Shown here piece after piece: positions 43,220 through 52,226 of a DNA stretch of 64,000 bases. The notes below the pieces were generated by a model that made no database searches, was not told the origin of the DNA, and saw nothing but the letters and a program-made list of their open reading frames with translations. The translations under genes were made by a program, and so were the position numbers. The DNA comes from Alphaproteobacteria bacterium (GTDB lineage: Bacteria > Pseudomonadota > Alphaproteobacteria > GCA-2731375), in assembly GCA_965232515.1 (NCBI GenBank), contig CBDDPY010000002.1, positions 5,504,001-5,568,000 of the forward strand. The letters run 5' to 3'. Each line of letters starts with the position of its first letter. The stretch's first letter is position 1.

Positions 43220-46072
43220 GTGAGCGAACAACGGCAAGCCGATACCGACGTCGACCGCACCGACGCCATGGCCGGCCAGGTGCTGCAGATCGTTCACGAT
43301 CTCGCGGTCGAGCTCAATCCCGGCCGCGAACGCACGCTTCAGGTCGGCCTGAATAGTTCGCTTGACCGCGACCTCGGCCTCGACAGCCTCGGCCGCGCCG
43401 AATTGCTGCTGCGTCTGGAACGCGCCTTCAAGGTCGAGATGCCGCAGAGGCTTTTGGGCGAGGCCGAGACGCCGAACGATCTGCTGGCCGTGCTCGCGTC
43501 GCTGGAGCCGGCCGAGGGCTGGGGCGTCGCGCCCGAGCGCCGCCGGCCGGCTCTCGAAGTGGTCGACGCGGCGCCGACCGAAGCCGAAACCCTGATGGAG
43601 GTGCTGGACTGGCAATACGACCGGCACCCCGACCGGCCGCACATCCTGCTGGCCGAGGACGAGGGCGGCGAGCGCACCATTACCTATCGCGATCTGACCG
43701 AGGCCGCGCGCGCCCTCGCCGCTCGCCTGCAGCATTGGGGGTTGGCGCCGGGCGACCGGGTGGCGCTGATGCTGCCGACCTGCCGGGAGTTCTTCGACGC
43801 CTTCTTCGGCATCCTCTATGCCGGCGGCGTGCCGGTGCCGATCTATCCGCCGATGCGGTTGTCGCAGCTCGAGGAGCATATGCGCCGTCAGGCGGTGATC
43901 CTGGAGAATGCCGGCGCCGTGTTGCTGATCACCGTGGCGGAAGCGCGCCGGGTCGCGGCCGTGCTGCGCGCCCGTGTCGACAGCCTGCGCGCCGTCGAGA
44001 CCGTCGACAGCCTGCCGACCGCGTCGGCGGCCTGGACCCCGGTGCCGCGGCAGCCGGACGATCTGGCGCTGTTGCAATACACCTCCGGCAGCACCGGCGA
44101 TCCAAAGGGTGTGATGCTGACGCACGCCAATCTGCTGTCGAACTCGCGCGCCATGATCGAGGCCATGCACGCGGACTCGTCCGACGTCTTCGTCAGCTGG
44201 ATGCCGCTCTACCACGACATGGGCCTGATCGGCGCCTGGCTCAGCACCATGTACTGTTCGGTGCCGGTCAACATCATGTCGCCGCTGGCGTTCCTGGCGC
44301 GGCCGTCGCGCTGGCTCTGGGCCATGCATCGGCATCGCGGCACGCTGTCCGGCGGCCCGAACTTCGGCTTCGAGCTCTGCCTTCGCAACGTCGACGATTC
44401 CGAGATCGAAGGCCTCGATCTCAGCAGCGTGCGCATGATCGTCAACGGCGCCGAGCCGGTGAACGCCGACACGCTGCAGCGGTTCTCGGAGCGCTTCGCG
44501 CGCTACGGTCTGCGGCCGGACGCCGTGGCGCCGGTCTACGGTCTCGCCGAATCCACCGTCGGCCTCGCTTTTCCGCCGCCCGAACGCCTGCCCATCATCG
44601 AACATATCCGCGCCGGCCCCCTGGCGACGACCGGCGTCGCCGAACTGGCGCTCGCCGGCGAAACGGATACGCACACATTCGTCGCCTGCGGCCGGCCGAT
44701 CCCGCGCCATGAGGCCCGCATCGTCGACGAGACCGGCCGCGAGGTCGGCGAGCGCCGGCAGGGCCGGCTCGAATTCCGCGGCCCGTCGATGACGCAGGGC
44801 TATTTCGGCAAGCCCGAGGAGACCGCGAAGATCTACCACGACGGCTGGATCGACAGCGGCGACTTCGCCTACATGGCCGGCGGCGACATCTTCATCACCG
44901 GCCGCAGCAAGGACATCATCATCCGCGCCGGCCGCAACATCTATCCGCACGAAGCCGAGGCCACGGTCGGCGAAGTGCCGGGCGTGCGCCGCGGCTGCGT
45001 CGCCGTGTTCGGCAGCACTGACGCCGCGGCCGGCACCGAGCGCATCGTCGTGCTCGCCGAAACCCGCGAGACCGATCCGGCGGCGTTGGAGTCGTTGCGT
45101 GGACGCGTCAGCGAAGCGGCCTCCGACGTGCTCGGCGGGCCGCCCGACGAAGTCGTGCTGGCGCCGCCGCAAAGCGTGCCGAAGACATCGAGCGGCAAGC
45201 TGCGCCGGTCGTCCGCCCGCAGGCTCTACGAAGAGGGCCGGATCGGCAGCAAGGCCCGCGCCGTCTGGTGGCAGATCGCCCGCATGACCGCGGCCGGCCT
45301 CGGCGCCGTGGTCCGGCGGCAGGCGCGCCGCGCGCTGTCGCTGGTCTATGCCGGTTATTGGTGGACCGTTATCGGCCTGCTCGGCGCCGTTTGCTGGCTG
45401 CTGGTTGTGGGCGTCAGTCCACCGTCATTGCGCTGGGCTGTCGTGCGCGGCGTCGGCCGGGTGTTCCTGGCGCTGACCGGCGTGCGCTTCACCGTCGAGG
45501 GCGAGGGCAGGGCGTCGACCGGCGACGCCATCGTCGTTGCCAACCACTCAAGCTATATCGACAGTCTGGTGCTGGCGATGGCGGTGCCGGCCGACCTCAG
45601 CTTCGTTGCCAAGAAGGAGCTGGAGAGCCAGCGCGTCGCCGGCCCGTTCCTGCGCCGGCTCGGCACGCTGTTCGTCGAACGCTTCGATCCGGAAGCCGGC
45701 CTCGCCGACGCCGCCGCCGCGGCCGGCGCGGCCCAGGACGGCCATCCGCTGGTGTTCTATCCCGAGGGCACCTTCACCCGGGCGCCTGGTCTGCTGGCGT
45801 TCCGGCTCGGCGCCTTCAAGACCGCGGTCGATGCCGGGCGGCCGGTGCTGCCGGTAACGCTGCGCGGCACCCGCTCGCTGTTGCGCGGCGGCCAGTGGTT
45901 CCCCCGCCGCGGCCCGCTCTCGGCCGTGATCGGAGAGACCATCGCGCCCGACGGCAGCGACTTTGGTGCGGCCATCCGCCTGCGCGACGCCGCCCGGGCG
46001 CAGATCCTGGCGCAATGCGGCGAGCCCGACCTGGCGCACGAACGGCCGGCGATCTTCGACGCCGACGGCTAA
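43220..46072 (+). CDS. Carrier protein - fatty acyl-AMP ligase-like - PlsC acyltransferase fusion
   Basis: LGLDSL; LQYTSGSTG, WMPLYHDMGLIG, YGLAE, PKTSSGK; NHSSYID, YPEGT. Confidence 0.93.
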   Translation: MSEQRQADTDVDRTDAMAGQVLQIVHDLAVELNPGRERTLQVGLNSSLDRDLGLDSLGRAELLLRLERAFKVEMPQRLLGEAETPNDLLAVLASLEPAEGWGVAPERRRPALEVVDAAPTEAETLMEVLDWQYDRHPDRPHILLAEDEGGERTITYRDLTEAARALAARLQHWGLAPGDRVALMLPTCREFFDAFFGILYAGGVPVPIYPPMRLSQLEEHMRRQAVILENAGAVLLITVAEARRVAAVLRARVDSLRAVETVDSLPTASAAWTPVPRQPDDLALLQYTSGSTGDPKGVMLTHANLLSNSRAMIEAMHADSSDVFVSWMPLYHDMGLIGAWLSTMYCSVPVNIMSPLAFLARPSRWLWAMHRHRGTLSGGPNFGFELCLRNVDDSEIEGLDLSSVRMIVNGAEPVNADTLQRFSERFARYGLRPDAVAPVYGLAESTVGLAFPPPERLPIIEHIRAGPLATTGVAELALAGETDTHTFVACGRPIPRHEARIVDETGREVGERRQGRLEFRGPSMTQGYFGKPEETAKIYHDGWIDSGDFAYMAGGDIFITGRSKDIIIRAGRNIYPHEAEATVGEVPGVRRGCVAVFGSTDAAAGTERIVVLAETRETDPAALESLRGRVSEAASDVLGGPPDEVVLAPPQSVPKTSSGKLRRSSARRLYEEGRIGSKARAVWWQIARMTAAGLGAVVRRQARRALSLVYAGYWWTVIGLLGAVCWLLVVGVSPPSLRWAVVRGVGRVFLALTGVRFTVEGEGRASTGDAIVVANHSSYIDSLVLAMAVPADLSFVAKKELESQRVAGPFLRRLGTLFVERFDPEAGLADAAAAAGAAQDGHPLVFYPEGTFTRAPGLLAFRLGAFKTAVDAGRPVLPVTLRGTRSLLRGGQWFPRRGPLSAVIGETIAPDGSDFGAAIRLRDAARAQILAQCGEPDLAHERPAIFDADG

Positions 46073-46075
46073 TTC

Positions 46076-46504
46076 GTGCTGAACGACGCCGAGCGGCGCT
46101 TCCTCGACAGCCAGCCGGTCGGGCGGCTGGCGACGGCCGACGCCGCCGGTCGGCCGCACGTCGTGCCGGTCTGCTTCGCCATTGCCGGCGATAACGTCTA
46201 TGTCGCCATCGACGCCAAGCCCAAGCATGGCGATCCGCTGCGCCTCAAGCGCCTGCGCAACATCGCCGAGAACCCATCGGTATCCCTGGTCGTCGACCGC
46301 TACACCGACGACTGGTCCCGCCTCGGCTGGGTGCTGCTCCACGGCCGAGCCGAGATCCTGACCGGCGGCGCGGAACACGCAAACGCGCAAGACCTCGTCC
46401 GCGCCCGCTACCCGCAAATGCAGGCCATGGACCTCACCGGCCTGCCGGTCATCGCTCTCCGCGTCGCCCGTACCAGCCACTGGGGCGACCTGACGCCGGA
46501 TTGA
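46076..46504 (+). CDS. PPOX class probable F420-dependent oxidoreductase (Rv0121 type)
   Basis: RLATAD..GRPHVVPVCF, DAKPK, LKRLRNI..NP, DRYTDDWSRLGWV. Confidence 0.88.
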   Translation: MLNDAERRFLDSQPVGRLATADAAGRPHVVPVCFAIAGDNVYVAIDAKPKHGDPLRLKRLRNIAENPSVSLVVDRYTDDWSRLGWVLLHGRAEILTGGAEHANAQDLVRARYPQMQAMDLTGLPVIALRVARTSHWGDLTPD

Positions 46505-46525
46505 GCTAAACCGCAAAAATGATGG

Positions 46526-47536
46526 TCATCCTGGCGCAGGCCAGGAGGTGGATTCACATTCGAAGTGCAACAGGTGTTCGATGAAGACCTCGGCTGGGGT
46601 TCTGTAGTCAAGGCATTTCCGCGGCGTGGTGTTGTAGGCGCGCAGGTATTGGTGCAGGCGCCGGCGGTTGAGCTCGTCGAGGTTTGTCTTTCGGGGGATG
46701 AAGCGTCGGAAGCGGCCGATGGCGTTTTCGATGCCGCCCTTCTGCCAGGGGGCATGGGGGTCGCAGAAGTAGGTTTGCATGTCGATGTGCTGGAGTTCGG
46801 TGTGGCGGGCGAATTCGGTGCCGTTGTCGAAGGTGACGGTCTGGCGCAGGTCGGGCGGCAGGTCGGCGAACAGGGCGTGCAGGTGGTCTGCGATGGGCTG
46901 TGCGGCCTTACCCGGTGGCCGGGTGGCGAGGAGGATGCGGGAGAGACGTTCATGGCAGACGAGGATGGCCTGGCCGTAGGTCGCGAACAGCATGAGGTCG
47001 GCTTCCCAGTGTCCCGGGGTTGTGCGGTCGTCGACGTCGGCCGGGCGATCGGCGATGGGCACGCGGCCGGCGATGAAGCTGGCCGGGCTGCCGCCCCTGC
47101 GGCCGCGCCAGCCGCGTTTGCTTTTGCCGCGCGGCAGCAGCAGGCGCCAGCGGAAGTCCTGGGTGCGGGCGAGCTGGGCATAGACGAAGCGGTAGATGCT
47201 TTCATGCGAGATGACGTGTTGGCCGGCGGTGTGGGCGAGCCGGCCGGCGACCTGTTCCGGCGACCAGCCGCGTTTGAGGCCGTCGAGGACGCGGTCGCGC
47301 AAGCTCGGATCGCGTTGCAGGCGGGGCCCGGACCAGCGCCGGGCGCGGGCCTGCTGCTGGGCATAGGCTGGCTTGTAGCCGACCTGTCGGCCGCTGTTGC
47401 GTTTCAGTTCGCGAGAGACTGTTGATGGCGCGCGATCCAGAGCTGCCGCGATTTGCCGGATCGAGCGGCCGGCGGTTTGAAGGCGGGAAATCTCACACCG
47501 CTCTTCCAGTGACAACTGGGCGTAATCGGATCCCAT
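46526..47536 (-). CDS. IS30-family DDE transposase
   Basis: HTH SIRQIA..LDRAPSTVSRELKRN, WSPEQ, GHWEAD, TFDNGTEF, PWQKGGIEN. Confidence 0.96.
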   Translation of the reverse strand: MGSDYAQLSLEERCEISRLQTAGRSIRQIAAALDRAPSTVSRELKRNSGRQVGYKPAYAQQQARARRWSGPRLQRDPSLRDRVLDGLKRGWSPEQVAGRLAHTAGQHVISHESIYRFVYAQLARTQDFRWRLLLPRGKSKRGWRGRRGGSPASFIAGRVPIADRPADVDDRTTPGHWEADLMLFATYGQAILVCHERLSRILLATRPPGKAAQPIADHLHALFADLPPDLRQTVTFDNGTEFARHTELQHIDMQTYFCDPHAPWQKGGIENAIGRFRRFIPRKTNLDELNRRRLHQYLRAYNTTPRKCLDYRTPAEVFIEHLLHFECESTSWPAPG

Positions 47537-47583
47537 CGCAACACCTCCAACACAAGGTGTTGCACTTCGTTTGTGAACTCAGG
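46547..47583 (-). mobile_element. IS30-family insertion sequence inserted in a REP-like palindrome
   Basis: Imperfect IRs TGGATTCACATTCGAAGTGCAACA / TGAGTTCACAAACGAAGTGCAACA; GGA repeated at 46544-46546 and 47584-47586; ends uncertain by 2 bp. Confidence 0.88.
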
Positions 47584-47605
47584 GGATCCATGTTGGAGTC
47601 AGCGA

Positions 47606-47632
47606 TGGATACCGGCCTTCGCCGGTATGACG
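47606..47632. repeat. REP-like palindrome, partner of the IS-disrupted copy
   Basis: TGGATACCGGCCTTCGCCGGTATGACG, reverse GTCAT...ATCCA unit. Confidence 0.75.
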
Positions 47633-47669
47633 ATGGTTTTGGGCCTCGGCCGAATGTCTCCGCCGCCCC

Positions 47670-48608
47670 TCAAGCCTCCACCGGCACTGCCGCCAGCGTC
47701 GGAATGGCCGGCAGAACCTCGTCGATCAGCCGTTGCGTCTGCTCCACGATGTCGTCCGAGCCGGCGAGCGGCCGCAGCACGAACTTCGACACGCCCGCGG
47801 CGACATAGGCCCGCAGGCAGTCGATGATCGCGTCCGTGTCGCCGACCGCGAAATAGTCCGACGGATCGCGCTTGAAACGCTTGGCGTAGCTCTCGGCTTG
47901 GCGCTTGACCGCTGGCTCGTCCCAACTGCCGAAACGAAACGGCATGCCGGCGCCGTAATGGTCGTCGTCGATGCGCCGGCCGGCCGCTTTGGCCGCCGCC
48001 TTGATGGCGCTGACCACCGGCGCCACCTGGGCCGGCGTTTCCAGGCCGGCGAGCCAGCCGGTGCCGAAGCGGGCCGTGCGCCGGATCGCCGCCTCGCTGG
48101 AACCGCCCAGCCACAGCGGCAACTGCTTCTGCACCGGTCGCGGCGCGATCGTGGCGCCTTCGAGCGTGAAGTATTCGCCGTGGAAGTCGACCTTCTCCTC
48201 GTGCCAGAGCCGGCTGATGATCTCCAGCGCCTCATCGCTGCGCTTGCCGCGGCCCTTGGTCGGCCGGCCCGTGGCCTGCCAATCCGGCGCCAGCACGTGG
48301 CCGAGACCGAAGGCCGGCAGCAGGCGGCCGTCGCTCAGCACGTCGATGGTGGCGCATTGCTTGGCCAGCAGCAGCGGGTCGCGCAGGCCCACCGAGGCGA
48401 CGTTCATGCCGAACTTGAGGCGCATCGTGCCGCCGGCCAGCGCCGCCATCGCGCTCATGCATTCCAGCATCGGCTCGCGCGAGACCAGCCGGTCGGTCTG
48501 CCAGATCGAATCCACCGGGCTGTCCTCGCACAGCGCCACCCAGCGCCAGAAGTCCTTGGCCGTCTCGAACGGAAAGACCGAGAGCCCGAGACCGATCGCA
48601 ATGCCCAT
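47670..48608 (-). CDS. LLM class flavin-dependent oxidoreductase
   Basis: LAKQCATIDVLSDGRL, FHGEYF, PRPVQ..LPLWLGG, RRTARFGTGW. Confidence 0.92.
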   Translation of the reverse strand: MGIAIGLGLSVFPFETAKDFWRWVALCEDSPVDSIWQTDRLVSREPMLECMSAMAALAGGTMRLKFGMNVASVGLRDPLLLAKQCATIDVLSDGRLLPAFGLGHVLAPDWQATGRPTKGRGKRSDEALEIISRLWHEEKVDFHGEYFTLEGATIAPRPVQKQLPLWLGGSSEAAIRRTARFGTGWLAGLETPAQVAPVVSAIKAAAKAAGRRIDDDHYGAGMPFRFGSWDEPAVKRQAESYAKRFKRDPSDYFAVGDTDAIIDCLRAYVAAGVSKFVLRPLAGSDDIVEQTQRLIDEVLPAIPTLAAVPVEA

Positions 48609-48709
48609 GCCGCTGCCTCCTAAAAGTGAAGGCTATGCTAGCACTGACGCTTGGCCATTGGCTGTTGGAAGTTCAGTTTGGATTGACGGATTGCCGAAGA
48701 CTCGCTTCC

Positions 48710-48790
48710 AGGCCGCGACTGCGGCCCGCCGGCTTATCCGGCGCGCCCGCGCAGGCGCGGACCGTCAGGTCCGCTGCCGTGAGCGCAAAA
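48710..48790 (+). repeat. 81-bp multi-hairpin dispersed element, copy 2
   Basis: Identical to 36522-36602. Confidence 0.9.
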
Positions 48791-48793
48791 GAA

Positions 48794-49447
48794 CTAAATC
48801 CCGCTGCGAAGCCCGTTCGGCTCGCGGTGATGCTGCAATTCCGACGGCAGACTGGCGACGGTCATCAGCATGTCGACCGCGCTGCCGTCGCTGGTCAGCG
48901 GCAGGGTCAGCCGCCGCATGGTGTGCGTCTTCCAGCCGTCCGAGAACTGCAGTTCGTGCAGCACCGGCCGGCGCAGCCGCACGGCCTCGGCGAAGGCGTC
49001 GTGGATCAGTGCGGCATAATCCGGCGGCGTCAGGTCGCGGACGCTGCGGCCGGTGACGTCGCGGCCATAGGCCTGCACGACGCCGGTGCCAACCAGGCGG
49101 AACCGGAACGCCGGCAATTGCGGCCGCACGTCGATCAGGTTGATCCAGCCCAGGCTGCGGCACAGGTCCTCGGGCCGGATATCGGCGCGGCCCGGCATCT
49201 CGCGCACGCCGCGGCGTTCCTGCCAGTAGGCATAGACCGCGCGCAGCCGCTCGTCGCGCAGGGCTTCCACCGGCCGGCTGCGCTGACTGACGCGTTCAAT
49301 GGGGAACAGGCGTGGCGACACCGGGCTCGTCACGGCGATGCGCGCAAGATCGTGGGCGTTGAAATCGGCATCGAACCGTCCCTCTTCACCTGGGCTGACG
49401 GACTTGCCGGCTGCTGCAACCGTATCGACGCTGGATATCACGGCCAT
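48794..49447 (-). CDS. PAS domain-containing protein (PAS_5-like); start uncertain
   Basis: YAYW..RRG...PGRADIRP, FRFRLVGT, GRDVTG, RLTLPL. Confidence 0.82.
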   Translation of the reverse strand: MAVISSVDTVAAAGKSVSPGEEGRFDADFNAHDLARIAVTSPVSPRLFPIERVSQRSRPVEALRDERLRAVYAYWQERRGVREMPGRADIRPEDLCRSLGWINLIDVRPQLPAFRFRLVGTGVVQAYGRDVTGRSVRDLTPPDYAALIHDAFAEAVRLRRPVLHELQFSDGWKTHTMRRLTLPLTSDGSAVDMLMTVASLPSELQHHREPNGLRSGI

Positions 49448-49760
49448 GGACCCCCTGGTTGTGCCTCTCGGCTCCGTCGAGCGTCGAGAGGCTAGACTGC
49501 CTATACGGCCCCACAAGGTCGAAAATGGGGCCATATTGCGGCGTGCGCTGTGAAGCGCTTCACAGCGCACCGGGGATTTTCGGGAAACCGCGTCGCCGGC
49601 CGCCACGGAATCGCCTAATTGGTTGACGGATAAGCGGTTTTCGACCCGCTCGAAGCACCGGATTCGACGCAAAGTTAACCGGCCCTTAGCGCCGGCCGGG
49701 GTATCAAGGTCCGTCCGGCGGCGAGGTCCGCCGGGCCGCCAGTGCGGAGGGCGCCGGCCC

Positions 49761-50744
49761 ATGGACCTGACACACTTCTTCAGCAGTATCGCCGCGCCGT
49801 TTTTCTATGTGCTGATGCCGAACCAGCGCATCTTCATGCTCTATCTGCTGAGCGCGCTGGTCCTGGCCTTCGCCGTCTATTTCGTGCGCAGGCGCCGGTC
49901 GACAGCGGCCAGCGATAAAGGATTTTGGTCCTATGTATTGCCGAAATCGGTCTACTGGCACCCCTCGGCACGGGTCGACTACCGCTATTTCATCATCAAC
50001 CGCATCGCCCACGCTCTGATCCTGGCGCCGGTGATCGCGGTCAGCATCGTCGGCGCCAAGTCGGTCGCGGCGCTCGCCACGCTGCTGTTCGGCGAGATGA
50101 GCGCGCCCTTGCTGCCGGTAACGCCGCTGACGACGGCGCTGGTCACGCTCGCCGCCATCCTGGCGTTCGACTTCGGCCTCTACGTCACCCATTACCTGCA
50201 GCACAAGGTGCCGAGCCTCTGGGAATTCCACAAGGTGCACCATTCGGCCGAAGTGCTGACGCCGATCACGGTCTACCGCATGCATCCTGTCGACGACCTG
50301 TTCAGCGCCACGACGGCGGGTTCGCTGATCGGCATTGTGCATGGCGTTTTCGGCTATCTGACGGCCGGCGGGGCCGAGGAATACCGGCTTTTCGGCATGA
50401 ACGTGCTGCTCGCGGTGTTTTACGTGGCCGGCTACAACCTGCGCCATTCGCATGTCTGGCTGCCGCTCAAAGGCGTCTGGGGGCGTCTGTTCATCAGTCC
50501 GGCCCACCATCAGATCCACCACAGCGACGCCGAGCGCCATTACGACCGCAATTTCGGCTTCATCTTCGGCATTTGGGACTGGGCCTTCGGCTCGCTCTAT
50601 GTGCCTGAAAAGTATGAGAAATTGAGCTTCGGCCTGTCCGAGGGCGAGCATCGCGAATATGACGGCGTCTGGCGGCTCTACGCCCTGCCGTTCGTCAAGG
50701 TTCTACGCCGCTTGGCGCCGCCGGTCCGGAGCAGCCGCACGTGA
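49761..50744 (+). CDS. Sterol desaturase / fatty acid hydroxylase family protein
   Basis: His boxes HYLQH, HKVHH, LRHSH, HHQIHH; NFG. Confidence 0.92.
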   Translation: MDLTHFFSSIAAPFFYVLMPNQRIFMLYLLSALVLAFAVYFVRRRRSTAASDKGFWSYVLPKSVYWHPSARVDYRYFIINRIAHALILAPVIAVSIVGAKSVAALATLLFGEMSAPLLPVTPLTTALVTLAAILAFDFGLYVTHYLQHKVPSLWEFHKVHHSAEVLTPITVYRMHPVDDLFSATTAGSLIGIVHGVFGYLTAGGAEEYRLFGMNVLLAVFYVAGYNLRHSHVWLPLKGVWGRLFISPAHHQIHHSDAERHYDRNFGFIFGIWDWAFGSLYVPEKYEKLSFGLSEGEHREYDGVWRLYALPFVKVLRRLAPPVRSSRT

Positions 50745-51580
50745 AGCGCCTGCTGGCCGCGTTCGCGGGCGTTATCGGCGGTCTCGCCGTCGCCTACGGC
50801 CTCGCCGTCGGCGGCCCGGTGACGGCGCCGCTTAGCGACCGGGTCGAGATCGGGGCTCTGACATGGGTCGAGCTGCGCGAGCTGGTGCGCCACGGCAAGA
50901 CCACGGCCATCGTGCCCACGGGCGGCGTCGAGCAGAACGGCCCGCACATGGTACTCGGCAAGCACAACCACGTCGTCCGCCATGCCGCCGCGGCCGTCGC
51001 CCGCCGTCTCGGCGACGCGCTGGTGGCGCCGGTCGTCGCTTATGTGCCCCAAGGCGACATCGACCCGCCGTCCGGCCACATGCGGTTTCCCGGCACGCTG
51101 TCGGTGCCCGAGCCCGTGTTCGAGCAGATCCTGGAACACACCGCCCGCAGCCTGCGCGCCCACGGCTTCCGGACCGTGCTCTTCCTGGGCGACAGCGGCG
51201 GCAACCAGGCCGCCCAGACACGGGTCGCCGAACGCCTGGATGCGGCCTGGCGCGACGACGGCGTACGGGTGTTTCACGTCGGCGACTACTACGCGCCGGA
51301 GGCCAACGGACAGATCCGCTGGCTCGAGGATCGCGGTGAGACCCGGGCCGCGATCGGCACCCACGCCGGCATCCGCGACACCTCCGAGCTGCTCGCCGTG
51401 CACCCCGACGGCGTGCACATGGACCGGGCCAGACCGCATGGCGGCTACCGCCTCAGGGACGTCGGCGTGAACGGCGATCCGAGCCGCGCCAGCGCCGAGA
51501 TCGGACGCGCGCTGATCGACTTGAAGGTCGACGCTGCGGTCCGGCAAATTCTGGCCCTACGCAACCAACCGTTGTCGTAG
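50741..51580 (+). CDS. Creatininase family amidohydrolase with N-terminal signal or anchor
   Basis: PTGGVEQNGPH, FPGTLS, DSGGN, HAG..DTS; GTGA overlap with desaturase. Confidence 0.88.
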   Translation: MKRLLAAFAGVIGGLAVAYGLAVGGPVTAPLSDRVEIGALTWVELRELVRHGKTTAIVPTGGVEQNGPHMVLGKHNHVVRHAAAAVARRLGDALVAPVVAYVPQGDIDPPSGHMRFPGTLSVPEPVFEQILEHTARSLRAHGFRTVLFLGDSGGNQAAQTRVAERLDAAWRDDGVRVFHVGDYYAPEANGQIRWLEDRGETRAAIGTHAGIRDTSELLAVHPDGVHMDRARPHGGYRLRDVGVNGDPSRASAEIGRALIDLKVDAAVRQILALRNQPLS

Positions 51581-51649
51581 CGCGACCCCGGCTTTCCCTC
51601 GGTCGCGACCGGCGTTAGGCTGGTCTGGAACGGCCGAAAGGATGCCGGC

Positions 51650-51994
51650 ATGCCGGACACCGAGATCGACGTTGACGCCTTTAAGGCGCTGCTGCTGGCG
51701 CGCCGTCAGGACCTGACCGACACCGCTGCGGCATCGAGCGATGAGCGCTGCCCGGTCGACCTGGACCAGACCAAGGTCGGTCGTTTGTCGCGCATGGACG
51801 CCATGCAGGCGCAGGCCATGAGCATCGAGACCGACCGCCGTCGCAGCCGCGAGATCGCCCGCATCGACGCGGCCCTGAAGCGCATCGAGAGCGGCGACTA
51901 CGGCTACTGCCTGACCTGCGGCGATGAGATCGCCTTGAAGCGTCTGCAGACCGATCCGGCGACGCCCACCTGCGTCGACTGCGCCGGTCGCTGA
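51650..51994 (+). CDS. TraR/DksA C4-type zinc finger protein
   Basis: LDQ..VGRLSRMDA, YGYCLTC, RL..DP....CVDC. Confidence 0.92.
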   Translation: MPDTEIDVDAFKALLLARRQDLTDTAAASSDERCPVDLDQTKVGRLSRMDAMQAQAMSIETDRRRSREIARIDAALKRIESGDYGYCLTCGDEIALKRLQTDPATPTCVDCAGR

Positions 51995-52226
51995 CCGGTT
52001 GGCGGCCCGGTAAACCAGAAATTCGGGTCGACAAAAGAGCACGTGATGGATAGTGCTAAGATCTAAAGCATCGATTTTCGGCACTACGCAACTCAAATTA
52101 ATGACTTAAGATCAGAAGAAGTTTCTGAAATTAGCTTGGGTACCCACAAGGGTACCAGTGATTTTCCAGTCAGTTCGACCGATTTCGGGCACCTGAGGGC
52201 CGCAAAATCGGCCTGTCGGGCGGGCC

